Source: Vicinamibacterales bacterium (GTDB taxonomy: Bacteria > Acidobacteriota > Vicinamibacteria > Vicinamibacterales > UBA2999). Taken from it: a DNA stretch of 64,000 nucleotides. The stretch spans positions 14,721 to 78,720 of the forward strand of contig DASROF010000173.1 of NCBI GenBank assembly GCA_035647075.1, written 5' to 3'. Below the pieces are notes generated by a model. The model saw nothing but the letters and a program-made list of their open reading frames with translations. It was not told the origin of the DNA and ran no database searches. Below, piece by piece: positions 12,174 through 21,898 of the stretch. The position numbers and the translations under genes are program-made. Within the stretch, counting starts at the first letter, position 1. Each line of letters begins with the position of its first letter.

Positions 12174-12809
12174 TTACTGGGGATCGCCGAAGTTGCCGAA
12201 GTCGACGGTGATCGACCCGGTGGCGCTCACATCGTTGCCGGCCTGATCGTGACCGTAGAACGTCACGTCGGCGATGGTAGAGATGATGTCGGGGTTGGTC
12301 GCCAGGGCGCGCAGCGGTGCTTCCTGTTTCGCCGCATTGCGAACGAGCTGGAATCCACTCGACGCACCGTCAGCGCCGACCGTCACGGTCACGGCGGCGT
12401 CGAAGGGGTACGGGACGTCGACCCCAGGCGTATTGTGGCCGTCGGTCCGGCGATACACCACACGATAACGGGTGACCGTGACTGAGTTCAGCGGAGTTGG
12501 CGACGCTGGACTCGCGGGATTGCTGCCTGGGTCCTTCAGGACAAGGAAGAAGGACGCCTCGCCGATGTCGTTGAAGATTGTCGGGACCTCAACCTGCTGG
12601 CCCCCGACCGTCTTCTGCACATTCGTGATGACATCGGACAGGAGCGTCGCACCAAAGTCATCCGGACTCGCGCCGGAGGCCGCCGACAGCGCGCCGATTG
12701 TCAGCTGCACTGGCGAGCGCCCGTCGGTCGCCATGTGGCCACACCCCGCTGAAGCCACGACGACCGCGATGGCCGCCGCGACTCTCCAAGACTTGAACGT
12801 CGCAGTCAC
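12174..12809 (-). CDS. Lipoprotein of unknown function
   Basis: Lipobox VVASAGCG. Beta-rich 211-aa sequence with no motif I recognise. Starts 11 nt after the pilQ stop. Confidence 0.65.
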   Translation of the reverse strand: MTATFKSWRVAAAIAVVVASAGCGHMATDGRSPVQLTIGALSAASGASPDDFGATLLSDVITNVQKTVGGQQVEVPTIFNDIGEASFFLVLKDPGSNPASPASPTPLNSVTVTRYRVVYRRTDGHNTPGVDVPYPFDAAVTVTVGADGASSGFQLVRNAAKQEAPLRALATNPDIISTIADVTFYGHDQAGNDVSATGSITVDFGNFGDPQ

Positions 12810-12820
12810 AGTCCCCTCTC

Positions 12821-15001
12821 CTACGCGATGATTCGCGGCGTGATGAAGATGAGCAGCTCGCGGCTCTCGTCCGTCATCTCGTCTCGCTTGAACAGCCAGC
12901 CAAGGACCGGCACCTTGCTGAGTCCGGGCGTCCGCGATTGCGTGGCCTGCTCGGTGCTGAGGAAGATGCCGCCAATGACCGTCGTGTCGCCGTTGGCCAC
13001 CCGAACCTGCGTATTTGCGCGCTGAGTGTTGATTGGCGGGTTCCTGTCGATCGCGCGCGAGAAATCGGGCGATCCGTTTTCAACCACGATGCGCATGATC
13101 ACGGTGTTGGCGGATGTGATCTGCGGCAGGACCCGCAGAATCAGCGCGGCGTCCTTCCAGGTGACCGTCGTCGTGTTGTTAGCGACGGTCTGAATCGGGA
13201 TCTGAACGCCCTGCATGATCTCGGCTTCGATGTTGTTCTGCGTGGCCACGCGCGGGGTGGACAGAATGCGTCCCTTGCCCGAGCGTTCGAGGGCCGAGAG
13301 AACGACGTCGAGATTGACGGCTCCGTTAATCGATCCAAGGGCGAGCCCGATCGCCGACGTGGGACTCGCCACGCCCAGGTTCACGACCGATCCGACCGCG
13401 TCTGGCCCCTGAAGGCTCCCCTGCCGCCCTGAGATGGTTCCCTGGTTCGGGAATGCCAGTCCGGTCGTGTTGCCCAGCTCCGGCGCCACACGTCCTGTGA
13501 TGCCCCATTGCACGCCGAGCGCCCGCGAAAACTCGCGGCTGGTCTGGACGATCCGTGCCTCGATCTCGACCTGCGGCTGCGGCACGTCGACCGTGTTGAT
13601 CAGGTCGCTCGCGCGCTGCAGCCGATCGACCAGGTCCGTGATGATGACCATGTTGGTTCGCTCATCGACCTGAATGCTTCCGCGAGGAGAGAGGACGGTG
13701 TCCTTGATCAGAACCGCCACGTCCTTTGCGGTCGCATAGCTGAGGGTTCGATTGAACGGCCTCAACTCGCCGGCGAGGGCGCGCTCGTCTTCGACTTTCC
13801 GGCGGGCGGCCTCTTCTTCAGCGAGAACGGCCAGCGGAGCGATCCTGACAACGGAACCCTTCTGGACGTAGCCGAGTCCGTTGCCGCTGGCGATGAGGTC
13901 GAACGCTTCGTCCCACGGGACGTCCGTCAGATTGGTCGTGACCGTGCCCTGAACTCTTGGATCGATCCAGATGTTGATGCCGCCCTCTTTGGCGAGCGTA
14001 GCCAGTACGGAGCGCAAGTCCGCGTTGTCGAAGTCGAGGCTGACCGGCGCGCCGGTGAACTGGCGTGCCTGCGGGACCGGGACATTCTGTGCTCCCTGCT
14101 GCGGTGCGGCGACAGGTGGCGCCGGTGCGGCCTGCGCCGCGGCAAACGCGGGTGCCGGCTCGCCTTTGAGTGCGGCGATCGGGTCTGCCGCCGGTTCATC
14201 AAACACCACTGACAGGTCGTTGCCGTCGGCCGATGGCTCGAGCCGGTACGTCGTCGAGCGCGACAGCTCCATCGTTACCTGCGTGCCGAACGGAGCGGTG
14301 GGGCTCAACGCAATCCGCACGCGTGAGACCGGTCCCTGACCGACAGCGGTCACCGGCGCGACAGCGGACGTCGCGTTCGGAAGCGTCAATACCAGACGAC
14401 GCGGTCCGTCCTTGGGTTCCTGAATGCCCGAAGCCACAAGCGGCGCGGTCCCGCGCAGCATCACTGCTGTTGCAGTGCCGCGCTGAACGACGCGCAGGTC
14501 GCGAATGGTCGGCGTGAATGTGGTCGTGTCCAGCGTCGGTCCGGCAGCAGTACCGCCTGCCCCGAGCGCGGGCGAGGCGTCCACACGGTCGGCTTCGACG
14601 AAGATGACGTTTCTCGAGCTGCGAATGCGGGGCCGGCTCGGCTGGTGGAACGTGATGCGAACGCGAGCAACGGCAGTGCCGTCTGGTCCGATCCCGTTTT
14701 CGACCGTCACTGCGTCGATCGGGTGACGCTGATCAACCTTTACATTGCCGGTGGTTCCGCTGGCCACAACATCGCGCAGCTCGACGACGGTGGTGCGCGC
14801 ATCGATCTGCGACGCGACGTACGGAACCGGATCCGAGGCTTCAATGGTCAGCAGACCCGTCTTGGTGTCGAGTCGCGACGTTACTTTCTTGAGCGTAGCG
14901 CTTGTTCCGTGTGAACTCTCGGTGCGGGTTCCAGCGACACCCAGCGGTGACAGGACGAACGCCGTGATGCACAGTGCAAATAGGAGGGAATGTCGGTACA
15001 T
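12821..15001 (-). CDS. pilQ: Type IV pilus secretin PilQ
   Basis: 726 aa with a signal peptide, two AMIN-like N-terminal repeats, secretin N domains and a secretin C-terminal core (..TPGLSKVPVLGWLFKRD..LLIFITPRI). Confidence 0.9.
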   Translation of the reverse strand: MYRHSLLFALCITAFVLSPLGVAGTRTESSHGTSATLKKVTSRLDTKTGLLTIEASDPVPYVASQIDARTTVVELRDVVASGTTGNVKVDQRHPIDAVTVENGIGPDGTAVARVRITFHQPSRPRIRSSRNVIFVEADRVDASPALGAGGTAAGPTLDTTTFTPTIRDLRVVQRGTATAVMLRGTAPLVASGIQEPKDGPRRLVLTLPNATSAVAPVTAVGQGPVSRVRIALSPTAPFGTQVTMELSRSTTYRLEPSADGNDLSVVFDEPAADPIAALKGEPAPAFAAAQAAPAPPVAAPQQGAQNVPVPQARQFTGAPVSLDFDNADLRSVLATLAKEGGINIWIDPRVQGTVTTNLTDVPWDEAFDLIASGNGLGYVQKGSVVRIAPLAVLAEEEAARRKVEDERALAGELRPFNRTLSYATAKDVAVLIKDTVLSPRGSIQVDERTNMVIITDLVDRLQRASDLINTVDVPQPQVEIEARIVQTSREFSRALGVQWGITGRVAPELGNTTGLAFPNQGTISGRQGSLQGPDAVGSVVNLGVASPTSAIGLALGSINGAVNLDVVLSALERSGKGRILSTPRVATQNNIEAEIMQGVQIPIQTVANNTTTVTWKDAALILRVLPQITSANTVIMRIVVENGSPDFSRAIDRNPPINTQRANTQVRVANGDTTVIGGIFLSTEQATQSRTPGLSKVPVLGWLFKRDEMTDESRELLIFITPRIIA

Positions 15002-15003
15002 GA

Positions 15004-15495
15004 CTAGCGAGCCTCTAGCGCCGGGCGTAGGAGTTTTCTGACTTCCCGCTTCTTGGCGACTGACAGCGGGTCGTTGACGTTCTGCAGCACGACCATCGCG
15101 TCTGCAGTGACAGTCTTGACGGTGCCGTCGTACAACTCGTCGCCGGCTCTCAAGGTATAGGTGCGGTTGTCGGCGCCGCGCACCATCGCGCTCCAGCCGT
15201 TGCGGCCCTTGATGACGCCCCGCATCGCGATCTCGTCGACCGAGAGCCCCCCGATGCCAGTAGGCCTCGCTGTCGCGGAGGTGCCCAATGATTCCGACCC
15301 ACGACGGGCCAGGCTGACGAACGGATCGCGTCGCCCCGCTGGTTTGTAGTCATAGCCCTGCGGTTCCAGCGCCGGTACCGCTGTCGCGGGTGTGACCACG
15401 GCAGGCTTGACAGGGGCGGGCGCCGGAGCCTGACCGCCCACAGGCGTTGCGGTGAGGAACGCCGCTCCAATGATTAGAAGCGTGCTGCGCATCAT
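15004..15495 (-). CDS. pilP: Type IV pilus assembly protein PilP
   Basis: 163 aa with a signal peptide, a Pro/Ala linker and a PilP-like core (RRDPFVSL..LSVDEIAMRGVI..AMV..YTLRAGDELYDGTVKTV). Sits between pilO and pilQ. Confidence 0.7.
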   Translation of the reverse strand: MMRSTLLIIGAAFLTATPVGGQAPAPAPVKPAVVTPATAVPALEPQGYDYKPAGRRDPFVSLARRGSESLGTSATARPTGIGGLSVDEIAMRGVIKGRNGWSAMVRGADNRTYTLRAGDELYDGTVKTVTADAMVVLQNVNDPLSVAKKREVRKLLRPALEAR

Positions 15496-16100
15496 GCACC
15501 GCCCTTCGTCGCGGGGGCCGGTGTTCCGGGCTTCGGTTGTTCAGCCAGAACGAAAGTCGTCGCCGTCACGTCGATCGTCACCGTCGATCGCGACGTCTGG
15601 CTCTCGCGTGCTTTGACCCGCATGTTCCCGACGTTGATGATTCGCGGGAACTTGCTGATGCGTTCGAGGAACATGCCGAGGTCGTGATACGAACCTTCGA
15701 GACGCAACCCGATCGGCCACTCGGTGTGCATCGCTTTCTTGGTCGTTGCGGCCGGAATGAACCCAAGGACTCGCAGGTTCGACTCGGTCGCCATCGCGTT
15801 GATGCGATTCAGCAGATCCGCCACATCGCGTTCTTCAGGCAGAACGGCGCGAAGACGATCCAGCTGGAGCTCGAGGGACGCCACTTCCTGGCGAAACTCG
15901 GGAAGACGCCGCGCCGTCGTCAGGCCGCGGTTGATTTCGGAGCGCACCTGCGTCAAGGTCGCCTGACGCGATTCGATGTCTGCCTGTGCGGGCCTGGCGT
16001 AGTAGTTCCAGAAAGCGGCCGCAGCGCCAAGGCCGATGGCCACGAACACGCCAACCTGCCCGTACCACGGCAACTTACTGAGACTGAACTTGATTTCCAT
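15492..16100 (-). CDS. pilO: Type IV pilus assembly protein PilO
   Basis: 202 aa with an N-terminal TM, a coiled coil and a ferredoxin-like C terminus. ATGA overlap with pilP. Position in the M-N-O-P-Q order. Confidence 0.75.
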   Translation of the reverse strand: MEIKFSLSKLPWYGQVGVFVAIGLGAAAAFWNYYARPAQADIESRQATLTQVRSEINRGLTTARRLPEFRQEVASLELQLDRLRAVLPEERDVADLLNRINAMATESNLRVLGFIPAATTKKAMHTEWPIGLRLEGSYHDLGMFLERISKFPRIINVGNMRVKARESQTSRSTVTIDVTATTFVLAEQPKPGTPAPATKGGA

Positions 16101-16181
16101 ATCGTGTTCTCGGTATCGGGGTCGCTGCTGAGCTTCTTTAACGCAGGCCTTGGCGCACTGCTTCGGCCTATCGCCCCTCCG

Positions 16182-16838
16182 CTAGCGGGCAGCGGCTCCT
16201 CCACCGCCACCTCCAGCCGCCGGAACACTGGCCGGGGCTGCGGTACTCGCCTTCAGTGCGTCTGCCTTGTTCAGCGTGGCGCGGACGGTGAACTTGTAGA
16301 GCTCCATCCCCGGTTGCCCCTGTACGCCCTGCACCGCCTCGACCTCCGTGTCCATATCGATCGGCTTGACCAGCAGATTCGAGCTTCCAAGGTTGGTGAC
16401 AAAGTCCGCGGTCGCCGCCAGCGTGTTGCTGCGACCCTGGATCGTCAGCGCGTCACCCTTCTGCTCCAGGTCGGTCAACCACAACAACTCGGGCACGCTT
16501 CGGCTGAGGTGATCCAAGAGCTGCACTGGAATCGTCTGGCCGGCCCGGAGCTGTTCGATCAGTTGCACGCGCTGCTGGAGCTGCGCACGCTGCCCCTCGA
16601 ACTGCTTCACTTCGGCGAGCACCGACTGCAACTGCTGTTGCTGCTGCTGCGCGGCGACGATGTCGGCTTCGACCTGCGCCTTGTTCTGCTTGAGCGTCCA
16701 CCACCACCAGCCCACGCCGGCGAACGACGCAATGAGGATCACGCTGCAGGCAATGGTGAGCTGCTGCGCCTGGACGGTGAACGTCGGGAGCTTTCGCGTC
16801 TTGGGGCGCTCAACACCAAGAAGGTTGATGCGAATCAT
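16182..16838 (-). CDS. pilN: Type IV pilus assembly protein PilN
   Basis: Starts MIRINLLGVE, then a TM and a Gln-rich coiled coil. ATGA overlap with pilM. Confidence 0.8.
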   Translation of the reverse strand: MIRINLLGVERPKTRKLPTFTVQAQQLTIACSVILIASFAGVGWWWWTLKQNKAQVEADIVAAQQQQQQLQSVLAEVKQFEGQRAQLQQRVQLIEQLRAGQTIPVQLLDHLSRSVPELLWLTDLEQKGDALTIQGRSNTLAATADFVTNLGSSNLLVKPIDMDTEVEAVQGVQGQPGMELYKFTVRATLNKADALKASTAAPASVPAAGGGGGGAAAR

Positions 16839-17896
16839 CGGTCGGCCACCTTTCGGAGCGCGAGACCGACAGCGACCGCGGCTGTCGCGGCATGGTCCGC
16901 AGATGGCGCGCCCAGCTTGGCTGGGTCCCAGGCGACCGCCTTGAACGGATCGAACTCCTCCACTGGCGTGCCGAACCGCTCTTCGAGCATGTCGCGGAAT
17001 CCATCGACGCGCGACGCACCGCCGCTGAGAACGATCCGGTCGATGTGATCGGACGCAGCCGTTGCCTTGAAGAAATCGAATGTCTTCTGAATTTCGAGGA
17101 GCACGTTTTCCGTAACCGCCCGCAGGACTGGCTGCGCCTCTTCAAAGGTGGCACCGTCGACGGGAATGCCCTTCTTCAACTGCTCCGCCGCCTCGAACGG
17201 CAGGTCCAGTTCCTTCTGCACCGCCTCTGTGTAGGTATTACCCCCCAGAGAGACGTCGCGGGCGAACACGGACTGTCCGCCCTGAAGAATGTTGATGTTG
17301 ATCGCGCTGGCGCCGGCGTTCAGCAGCACGACCACCTGCTTCGGATCGAAGCCGTAGTTGACCTCGAACGCGTTCTGCAGCGCGAAGGCGTCGACGTCAA
17401 CGATGACCGGTGTCCGCCCCGCCTGGGCGATCACGCCGGTGTAGTCGCCGATCTTCTCTTTCTTGGCTGCGACGAGCAGCACTTCCATGCTGCCGCGCGA
17501 ATCGGGGCCAGTACCGGCATCGAGGATCTGATAGTCGAGGTTGACGTCCTGGATGTCGAACGGAATGTACTGTTCGGCCTCCCAGTAGATCGACTCACTG
17601 AGCTCCGACTCCGTCATGACCGGCAACGTGATCTTCTTGACGATCACCGCACTGCCTGAGAGCGACGCGCAGACCTCTTTGCTCTTGAAGCCGCTCTTCT
17701 CGAAGATGCGTTTGATCGAGTTCGCAACCGCAGTCGCGTCGATAATGGCGCCGTCGACGATCGCATCGGCAGGCACCGGCTCAATGCCAAATGCGGCCAC
17801 ACGGTAGTCCTTGTTGGAAGGCTTCAGCTCGACGGCCTTTACTGCGCTGGAGCCAATGTCCAGTCCGACAACGCTCTTCTGCTTCTTGCGAAACAC
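16835..17896 (-). CDS. pilM: Type IV pilus assembly ATPase-like protein PilM
   Basis: 353-aa actin/FtsA-like fold (VGLDIGSSAVKAVEL.., ..RIVLSGGASRVDG). GTG start with GAGG 7 nt upstream. Confidence 0.9.
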   Translation of the reverse strand: MFRKKQKSVVGLDIGSSAVKAVELKPSNKDYRVAAFGIEPVPADAIVDGAIIDATAVANSIKRIFEKSGFKSKEVCASLSGSAVIVKKITLPVMTESELSESIYWEAEQYIPFDIQDVNLDYQILDAGTGPDSRGSMEVLLVAAKKEKIGDYTGVIAQAGRTPVIVDVDAFALQNAFEVNYGFDPKQVVVLLNAGASAININILQGGQSVFARDVSLGGNTYTEAVQKELDLPFEAAEQLKKGIPVDGATFEEAQPVLRAVTENVLLEIQKTFDFFKATAASDHIDRIVLSGGASRVDGFRDMLEERFGTPVEEFDPFKAVAWDPAKLGAPSADHAATAAVAVGLALRKVADR

Positions 17897-18028
17897 CGTC
17901 TACCTCGGAGTCCCCGGGAGGGGGTTAGCCATCCCCCGTTATCGGTTGTTCTAATCCGCTACATCACGGATCGGCTTCGGTGGTCCGCAACTCCCGGAAA
18001 ACGACGGACTTGGGGGTGTCCAGTCTTG

Positions 18029-18057
18029 TTGACTATTCCGACAACCCTCCGTATCAT
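18029..18057 (+). promoter_or_regulatory. Sigma70-type promoter for rplM-rpsI
   Basis: TTGACT (18029-18034), a 17-nt spacer, then TATCAT (18052-18057). Lies about 55 nt upstream of the rplM ATG. Confidence 0.5.
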
Positions 18058-18111
18058 TGGGGTTTGCGGTTCTTGGACAGGTCCGTCCAGAGACCCAGAG
18101 GGATCCGTTTG

Positions 18112-18543
18112 ATGCGTACGTTCGTGGCCAGCGCGAAGAGCGCGGACAGCCGGTGGCATGTCATCGATGCGAAGGGGCAGGTGCTCGGCCGGGTGGCGAC
18201 ACTGGCGGCCCGGCTACTTCAAGGCAAGCACAAGCCGACCTACACCCCGTTTATCGACACGGGGGACCATGTGGTCGTGGTCAATGCCGCGTCAGTAAAG
18301 CTGACCGGGCAGAAGGAATCTCAGAAGCTGTATCGCCGGCATAGCGGTTTCGAGGGCGGCCTGCGCGAAGAGCGCGCCGTGGACGTCCGCAAGCGGCAGC
18401 CGGTTCGTCTCGTGGAGGAAGCGGTCCGCGGCATGTTGCCGAAGACCAAGATGGGTGATGCGATGTATCGAAAGCTGAAGGTGTATTCCGGCGCCGAGCA
18501 TCCGCACACCGCCCAGCAACCCGCCAAAATCGAGGTCGCGTAA
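18112..18543 (+). CDS. rplM: 50S ribosomal protein L13
   Basis: [29 protein letters not shown].. is a typical L13 N terminus. The track ORF's upstream extension to 17980 is rejected. Confidence 0.95.
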   Translation: MRTFVASAKSADSRWHVIDAKGQVLGRVATLAARLLQGKHKPTYTPFIDTGDHVVVVNAASVKLTGQKESQKLYRRHSGFEGGLREERAVDVRKRQPVRLVEEAVRGMLPKTKMGDAMYRKLKVYSGAEHPHTAQQPAKIEVA

Positions 18544-18545
18544 CT

Positions 18546-18938
18546 TTGCCGAACACCGAGTACTACGGAACAGGCCGCCGGAAAACGTCAGCCGCCCGCG
18601 TGTTTCTTCGCCCCGGAACCGGGGCCATCACCATCAACCACCGAGAGTTTGAGAACTTCTTCCCCACCGACGCACTGCGCGTCCAGGTGAAGCGGCCGCT
18701 CCTGGTGACCGAAACCGGTGAGAAGTTCGACATCCTCGCCACCGTCGCCGGCGGCGGAGTGAATGGTCAGGCGGGTGCCGTCCGCCTCGGCATCGCGCGC
18801 GCGTTGGTCGAATTCAACGGGGAGCTGCGAAAACTGCTGAAGAAGGATGGGCTGTTGACGTCGGATTCGCGCATCAAGGAACGCAAGAAGTACGGGCTGG
18901 CGGGCGCACGCAAGCGCTTCCAGTTCAGTAAACGCTAA
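18546..18938 (+). CDS. rpsI: 30S ribosomal protein S9
   Basis: 130 aa ending ..[13 protein letters not shown] start 3 nt after the rplM stop. Confidence 0.95.
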   Translation: MPNTEYYGTGRRKTSAARVFLRPGTGAITINHREFENFFPTDALRVQVKRPLLVTETGEKFDILATVAGGGVNGQAGAVRLGIARALVEFNGELRKLLKKDGLLTSDSRIKERKKYGLAGARKRFQFSKR

Positions 18939-18954
18939 AAGGAACGGAGGAACT

Positions 18955-19776
18955 TTGCCCGGGATTGCGATGAAGGATCTACTGGAGGCCGGCGTGCACT
19001 TCGGCCACCAGACGAAGCGGTGGAATCCGAAGATGAAGGAATTCATTTTCGGCGAGCGAAACGGAATCTACATCCTCGACCTGAACAAGACGGTCAAGAA
19101 GTTCCGCGACGCGGAGGAATTCGTCACCAACCTGGCGGCCGACGGCAAGACCATGCTCTTCGTCGGCACGAAGCGACAGGCACAGGACGTCATCGCCGAG
19201 GAATCACAGCGCTGCGGTATGTTCTTCATCAATCAGCGCTGGCTGGGCGGCCTTCTCACCAACTTCGCCACGATCCAGCGCAGCCTGGGACGGCTCCGTG
19301 ACCTCGAAGCGATGGTCACACCGGGCACTGACGGACGCTTCGAGACGCTCTCCAAGAAGGAGATTGCTCGAGCGGAAAAGGAAAAGCGGAAGCTGCTGAA
19401 GAACCTCGAAGGCATCCGTCCGATGACCAAACTGCCGGACGCGATCTTCGTCGTGGACACGCGCAAGGAAAAGATCGCCGTCGATGAGGCGCGCAAGTTG
19501 AAGATTCCGGTGATCGGCATCGTCGATACCAACTGTGACCCGGACGAAGTCGATTACGTCATTCCGGGCAACGATGATGCGCTGCGTTCGATCCGGCTGT
19601 TCGCATCGAAGATCGCCGACGCGATCGTCGGCGGCCGCCAGATGCGCGAGTCGCGAATCGCCGAGGACGATGCGCGTGCAGCTGAAGAAGCCGCCGCCGC
19701 GGATCAGGCAGCCAGGCTCCGAACCTCGGTCCGTCCGCAGCGACGCACCGAGACGCCTTCGCCGGCTGGCGCGTAA
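18955..19776 (+). CDS. rpsB: 30S ribosomal protein S2
   Basis: [19 protein letters not shown].. is the S2 signature. GGAGG lies upstream. The start is either TTG 18955 or ATG 18970. Confidence 0.95.
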   Translation: MPGIAMKDLLEAGVHFGHQTKRWNPKMKEFIFGERNGIYILDLNKTVKKFRDAEEFVTNLAADGKTMLFVGTKRQAQDVIAEESQRCGMFFINQRWLGGLLTNFATIQRSLGRLRDLEAMVTPGTDGRFETLSKKEIARAEKEKRKLLKNLEGIRPMTKLPDAIFVVDTRKEKIAVDEARKLKIPVIGIVDTNCDPDEVDYVIPGNDDALRSIRLFASKIADAIVGGRQMRESRIAEDDARAAEEAAAADQAARLRTSVRPQRRTETPSPAGA

Positions 19777-19798
19777 GGCAGAACGTCCGCAGGTTCAC

Positions 19799-19824
19799 GC
19801 GCCGGCCTGCGAGCCGGCGCTTTT
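19799..19824 (+). terminator. Rho-independent terminator after rpsB
   Basis: Stem GCGCCGGC (19799-19806), loop CTGCGA, stem GCCGGCGC (19813-19820), then TTTT. Confidence 0.6.
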
Positions 19825-19830
19825 GTTGTA

Positions 19831-19885
19831 CACGAAGGTCACGAAGAGATCGAAGCACACGAAGAAGGGATCGAAGGGCACGAAC
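19831..19885 (+). repeat. Degenerate 9-nt tandem repeat (MWCGAAGNN, about 6 units) filling the tsf 5' leader
   Basis: CGAAG/CGAAC occurs at 19833, 19842, 19851, 19860, 19872 and 19881, giving spacings of 9, 9, 9, 12 and 9. The array ends at the tsf ATG. Confidence 0.6.
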
Positions 19886-20497
19886 ATGGCGACGATGGAG
19901 ATTTCGGCGACACAGGTCAAACAGCTTCGCGACAAGACGGGCGCCGGCATGATGGAGTGCAAGGCCGCGCTCACCGAAGCCAACGGCAACATGGAAGAGG
20001 CGATGACCCTGCTGCGCAAGCGCGGACTGGCGCAGGCAGCCAAGCGCGCCGGCCGGACCACGGCGCAGGGCGCCATCGGCAGCTACATCCACATGGGCGG
20101 CAAGATCGGCGTCCTCGTGGAAGTGAACTGCGAATCCGACTTCGTTGCCCGGACCGACGACTTCAACAACCTCGTCAAGGATGTGGCCATGCACATCGCC
20201 GCGGCGTCCCCGCGGTGGCTGCGCCGTGAAGAGGTTCCTCCGTCCGAGGTCGACAAGGAAAAGCAGATCTATCGCGCGCAGATGGAGAAGGAAGGCAAGC
20301 CTGCCAATGTGATGGAGAAGATCATCGAGGGCAAGCTTGGGAGCTTCTACTCGCAGTTCGTGCTGCTCGACCAGCCCTATATCCGCGACGACAAGATGTC
20401 TGTCGGCCAGCTGGTGGCGCAGGCGAGCGCGAAGACCGGCGAGAATATCCAGGTCAGCCGGTTCGTCCGATTCCGCGTCGGCGAAGGGGCAGAATAG
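19886..20497 (+). CDS. tsf: Elongation factor Ts (short form)
   Basis: MATMEISATQVKQLRDKTGAGMMECKAALTEANGNMEEA is the EF-Ts UBA-like N terminus. The in-frame upstream extension to 19535 overlaps rpsB and is rejected. Confidence 0.9.
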   Translation: MATMEISATQVKQLRDKTGAGMMECKAALTEANGNMEEAMTLLRKRGLAQAAKRAGRTTAQGAIGSYIHMGGKIGVLVEVNCESDFVARTDDFNNLVKDVAMHIAAASPRWLRREEVPPSEVDKEKQIYRAQMEKEGKPANVMEKIIEGKLGSFYSQFVLLDQPYIRDDKMSVGQLVAQASAKTGENIQVSRFVRFRVGEGAE

Positions 20498-20528
20498 CGA
20501 CCTTCCGCCTGCGGAATCAGCAGAAAAA

Positions 20529-20558
20529 GAAGGCCCGGCGCCAAGGCTCCGGGCCTTC
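20529..20558 (+). terminator. Strong hairpin between tsf and pyrH (terminator or attenuator candidate)
   Basis: Perfect 10-bp stem GAAGGCCCGG / CCGGGCCTTC with a 10-nt loop. No clean U-tract follows. Confidence 0.4.
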
Positions 20559-20578
20559 CGTGAAATAATCGTCTTTCG

Positions 20579-21310
20579 ATGTCCGCGGACTCCTCCCCAA
20601 CCCCTACCTACAAGCGCGTCCTGTTGAAACTGTCGGGCGAAGCCCTGATGGGCGACCAGCAATTCGGTGTCGACCCCGCCGTGGCGACTCGCATCGCCCA
20701 CGATGTCGGTGAGATTCAGGCGCTTGGCGTGGAAACAGCGATCGTCATCGGCGGCGGCAACATCTTCCGCGGGCTGGCGGCCAGCACGCGTGGAATGGAT
20801 CGCGCCACTGCCGACTACATGGGCATGCTGGCGACGGTCATCAACGCCCTCGCGCTGCAGGACGCCCTCGAACAGCAAAACGTCATCACTCGGGTTGTGA
20901 CGGCGATCGAGATGCGCGCTGTCGCCGAACCGTTCATCCGGCGCCGCGCGATCCGCCACCTCGAGAAGGGGCGGGTTGTCATCTTCGCAGCCGGTACCGG
21001 CAATCCGTATTTCACGACGGATACGGCCGCGGCCCTCAGAGCGATGGAGATCAAGGCCGAGGTCATCCTCAAGGGCACCAAAGTGGACGGCGTTTACACC
21101 GCTGATCCAATGCTCGACGCGACAGCCACCAAATACCAGGCCATCTCCTACTTGCAGGTGCTCGAGCGTCAGCTCAAGGTGATGGATGCCACCGCGATCT
21201 CGTTGTGCATGGATAACAAGCTGCCGATCGTCGTATTCAATCTGCTGGAGGCCGGGAGCATCCGGCAGGTGATACTCGGCGAGCCGATTGGCACGACCGT
21301 CTCCAATTAG
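20579..21310 (+). CDS. pyrH: UMP kinase
   Basis: [15 protein letters not shown].., ..[11 protein letters not shown].., ..[20 protein letters not shown]. Confidence 0.95.
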   Translation: MSADSSPTPTYKRVLLKLSGEALMGDQQFGVDPAVATRIAHDVGEIQALGVETAIVIGGGNIFRGLAASTRGMDRATADYMGMLATVINALALQDALEQQNVITRVVTAIEMRAVAEPFIRRRAIRHLEKGRVVIFAAGTGNPYFTTDTAAALRAMEIKAEVILKGTKVDGVYTADPMLDATATKYQAISYLQVLERQLKVMDATAISLCMDNKLPIVVFNLLEAGSIRQVILGEPIGTTVSN

Positions 21311-21318
21311 AGGCAACC

Positions 21319-21888
21319 ATGGAATTCAGCGATCTGAAAGGCATGTTTGCGGAAGTCAAGGCGCGCATGGACGCCGGCATCGACCGCGTTCGTCGGGATA
21401 TGGCCAACGTCAGGACCGGCCGGGCAACGGTCGGTCTGCTCGACGCGGTGCACGTGGACGCGTACGGCTCGAAGATGCCGATCAATCAGGTGGCCACGCT
21501 CTCCATCCCCGAGCCGGCGATGATGGTCGCACAACCGTTCGACCCGTCGCTGATGGGCGCAATCGAAAAAGCCATCCGCTCCTCTGACCTTGGTCTGAAT
21601 CCGGCGAACGACGGCAAGGTCATTCGCATCCCGATCCCCTCGCTGACCGAAGAACGTCGCAAGGAACTGTCGCGGCACGTACACAAGCAGGCCGAAGAGG
21701 GCCGCAATGTCGTCCGTCAGGTTCGCCGGGATGCCAACGAACGGCTGAAGAAGCTCCTCAAGGAGCACAAGATCTCAGAAGACGACGAGCGGAAGGGCCT
21801 CGAGCAGGTCCAGAAGATGACTGACGACCACGTCAAGGCGATCGACGAGCTGCAGAAGAAGAAGGACCAGGAGCTGTTAGGGCACTAA
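21319..21888 (+). CDS. frr: Ribosome recycling factor
   Basis: 189 aa containing ..RTGRATVGLLD.. and ..IPIPSLTEERRKEL. Confidence 0.95.
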   Translation: MEFSDLKGMFAEVKARMDAGIDRVRRDMANVRTGRATVGLLDAVHVDAYGSKMPINQVATLSIPEPAMMVAQPFDPSLMGAIEKAIRSSDLGLNPANDGKVIRIPIPSLTEERRKELSRHVHKQAEEGRNVVRQVRRDANERLKKLLKEHKISEDDERKGLEQVQKMTDDHVKAIDELQKKKDQELLGH

Positions 21889-21898
21889 GGCCGCAAGG

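Noticed and set aside
16101-16181. The 81-nt gap between pilN and pilO, considered as a hidden small gene or regulatory RNA.
   Set aside because: There is no ORF with a plausible start or RBS on the - strand, and I saw no strong hairpin or repeat. The pilN C terminus is a low-complexity Ala/Gly tail, so the gap may simply reflect stop-codon drift.
19535-19885. In-frame N-terminal extension of the tsf ORF (320-aa version starting at 19535).
   Set aside because: The extension overlaps the rpsB 3' end in another frame, runs through the rpsB terminator hairpin and only translates the 9-nt repeat. EF-Ts homology begins at ATG 19886.
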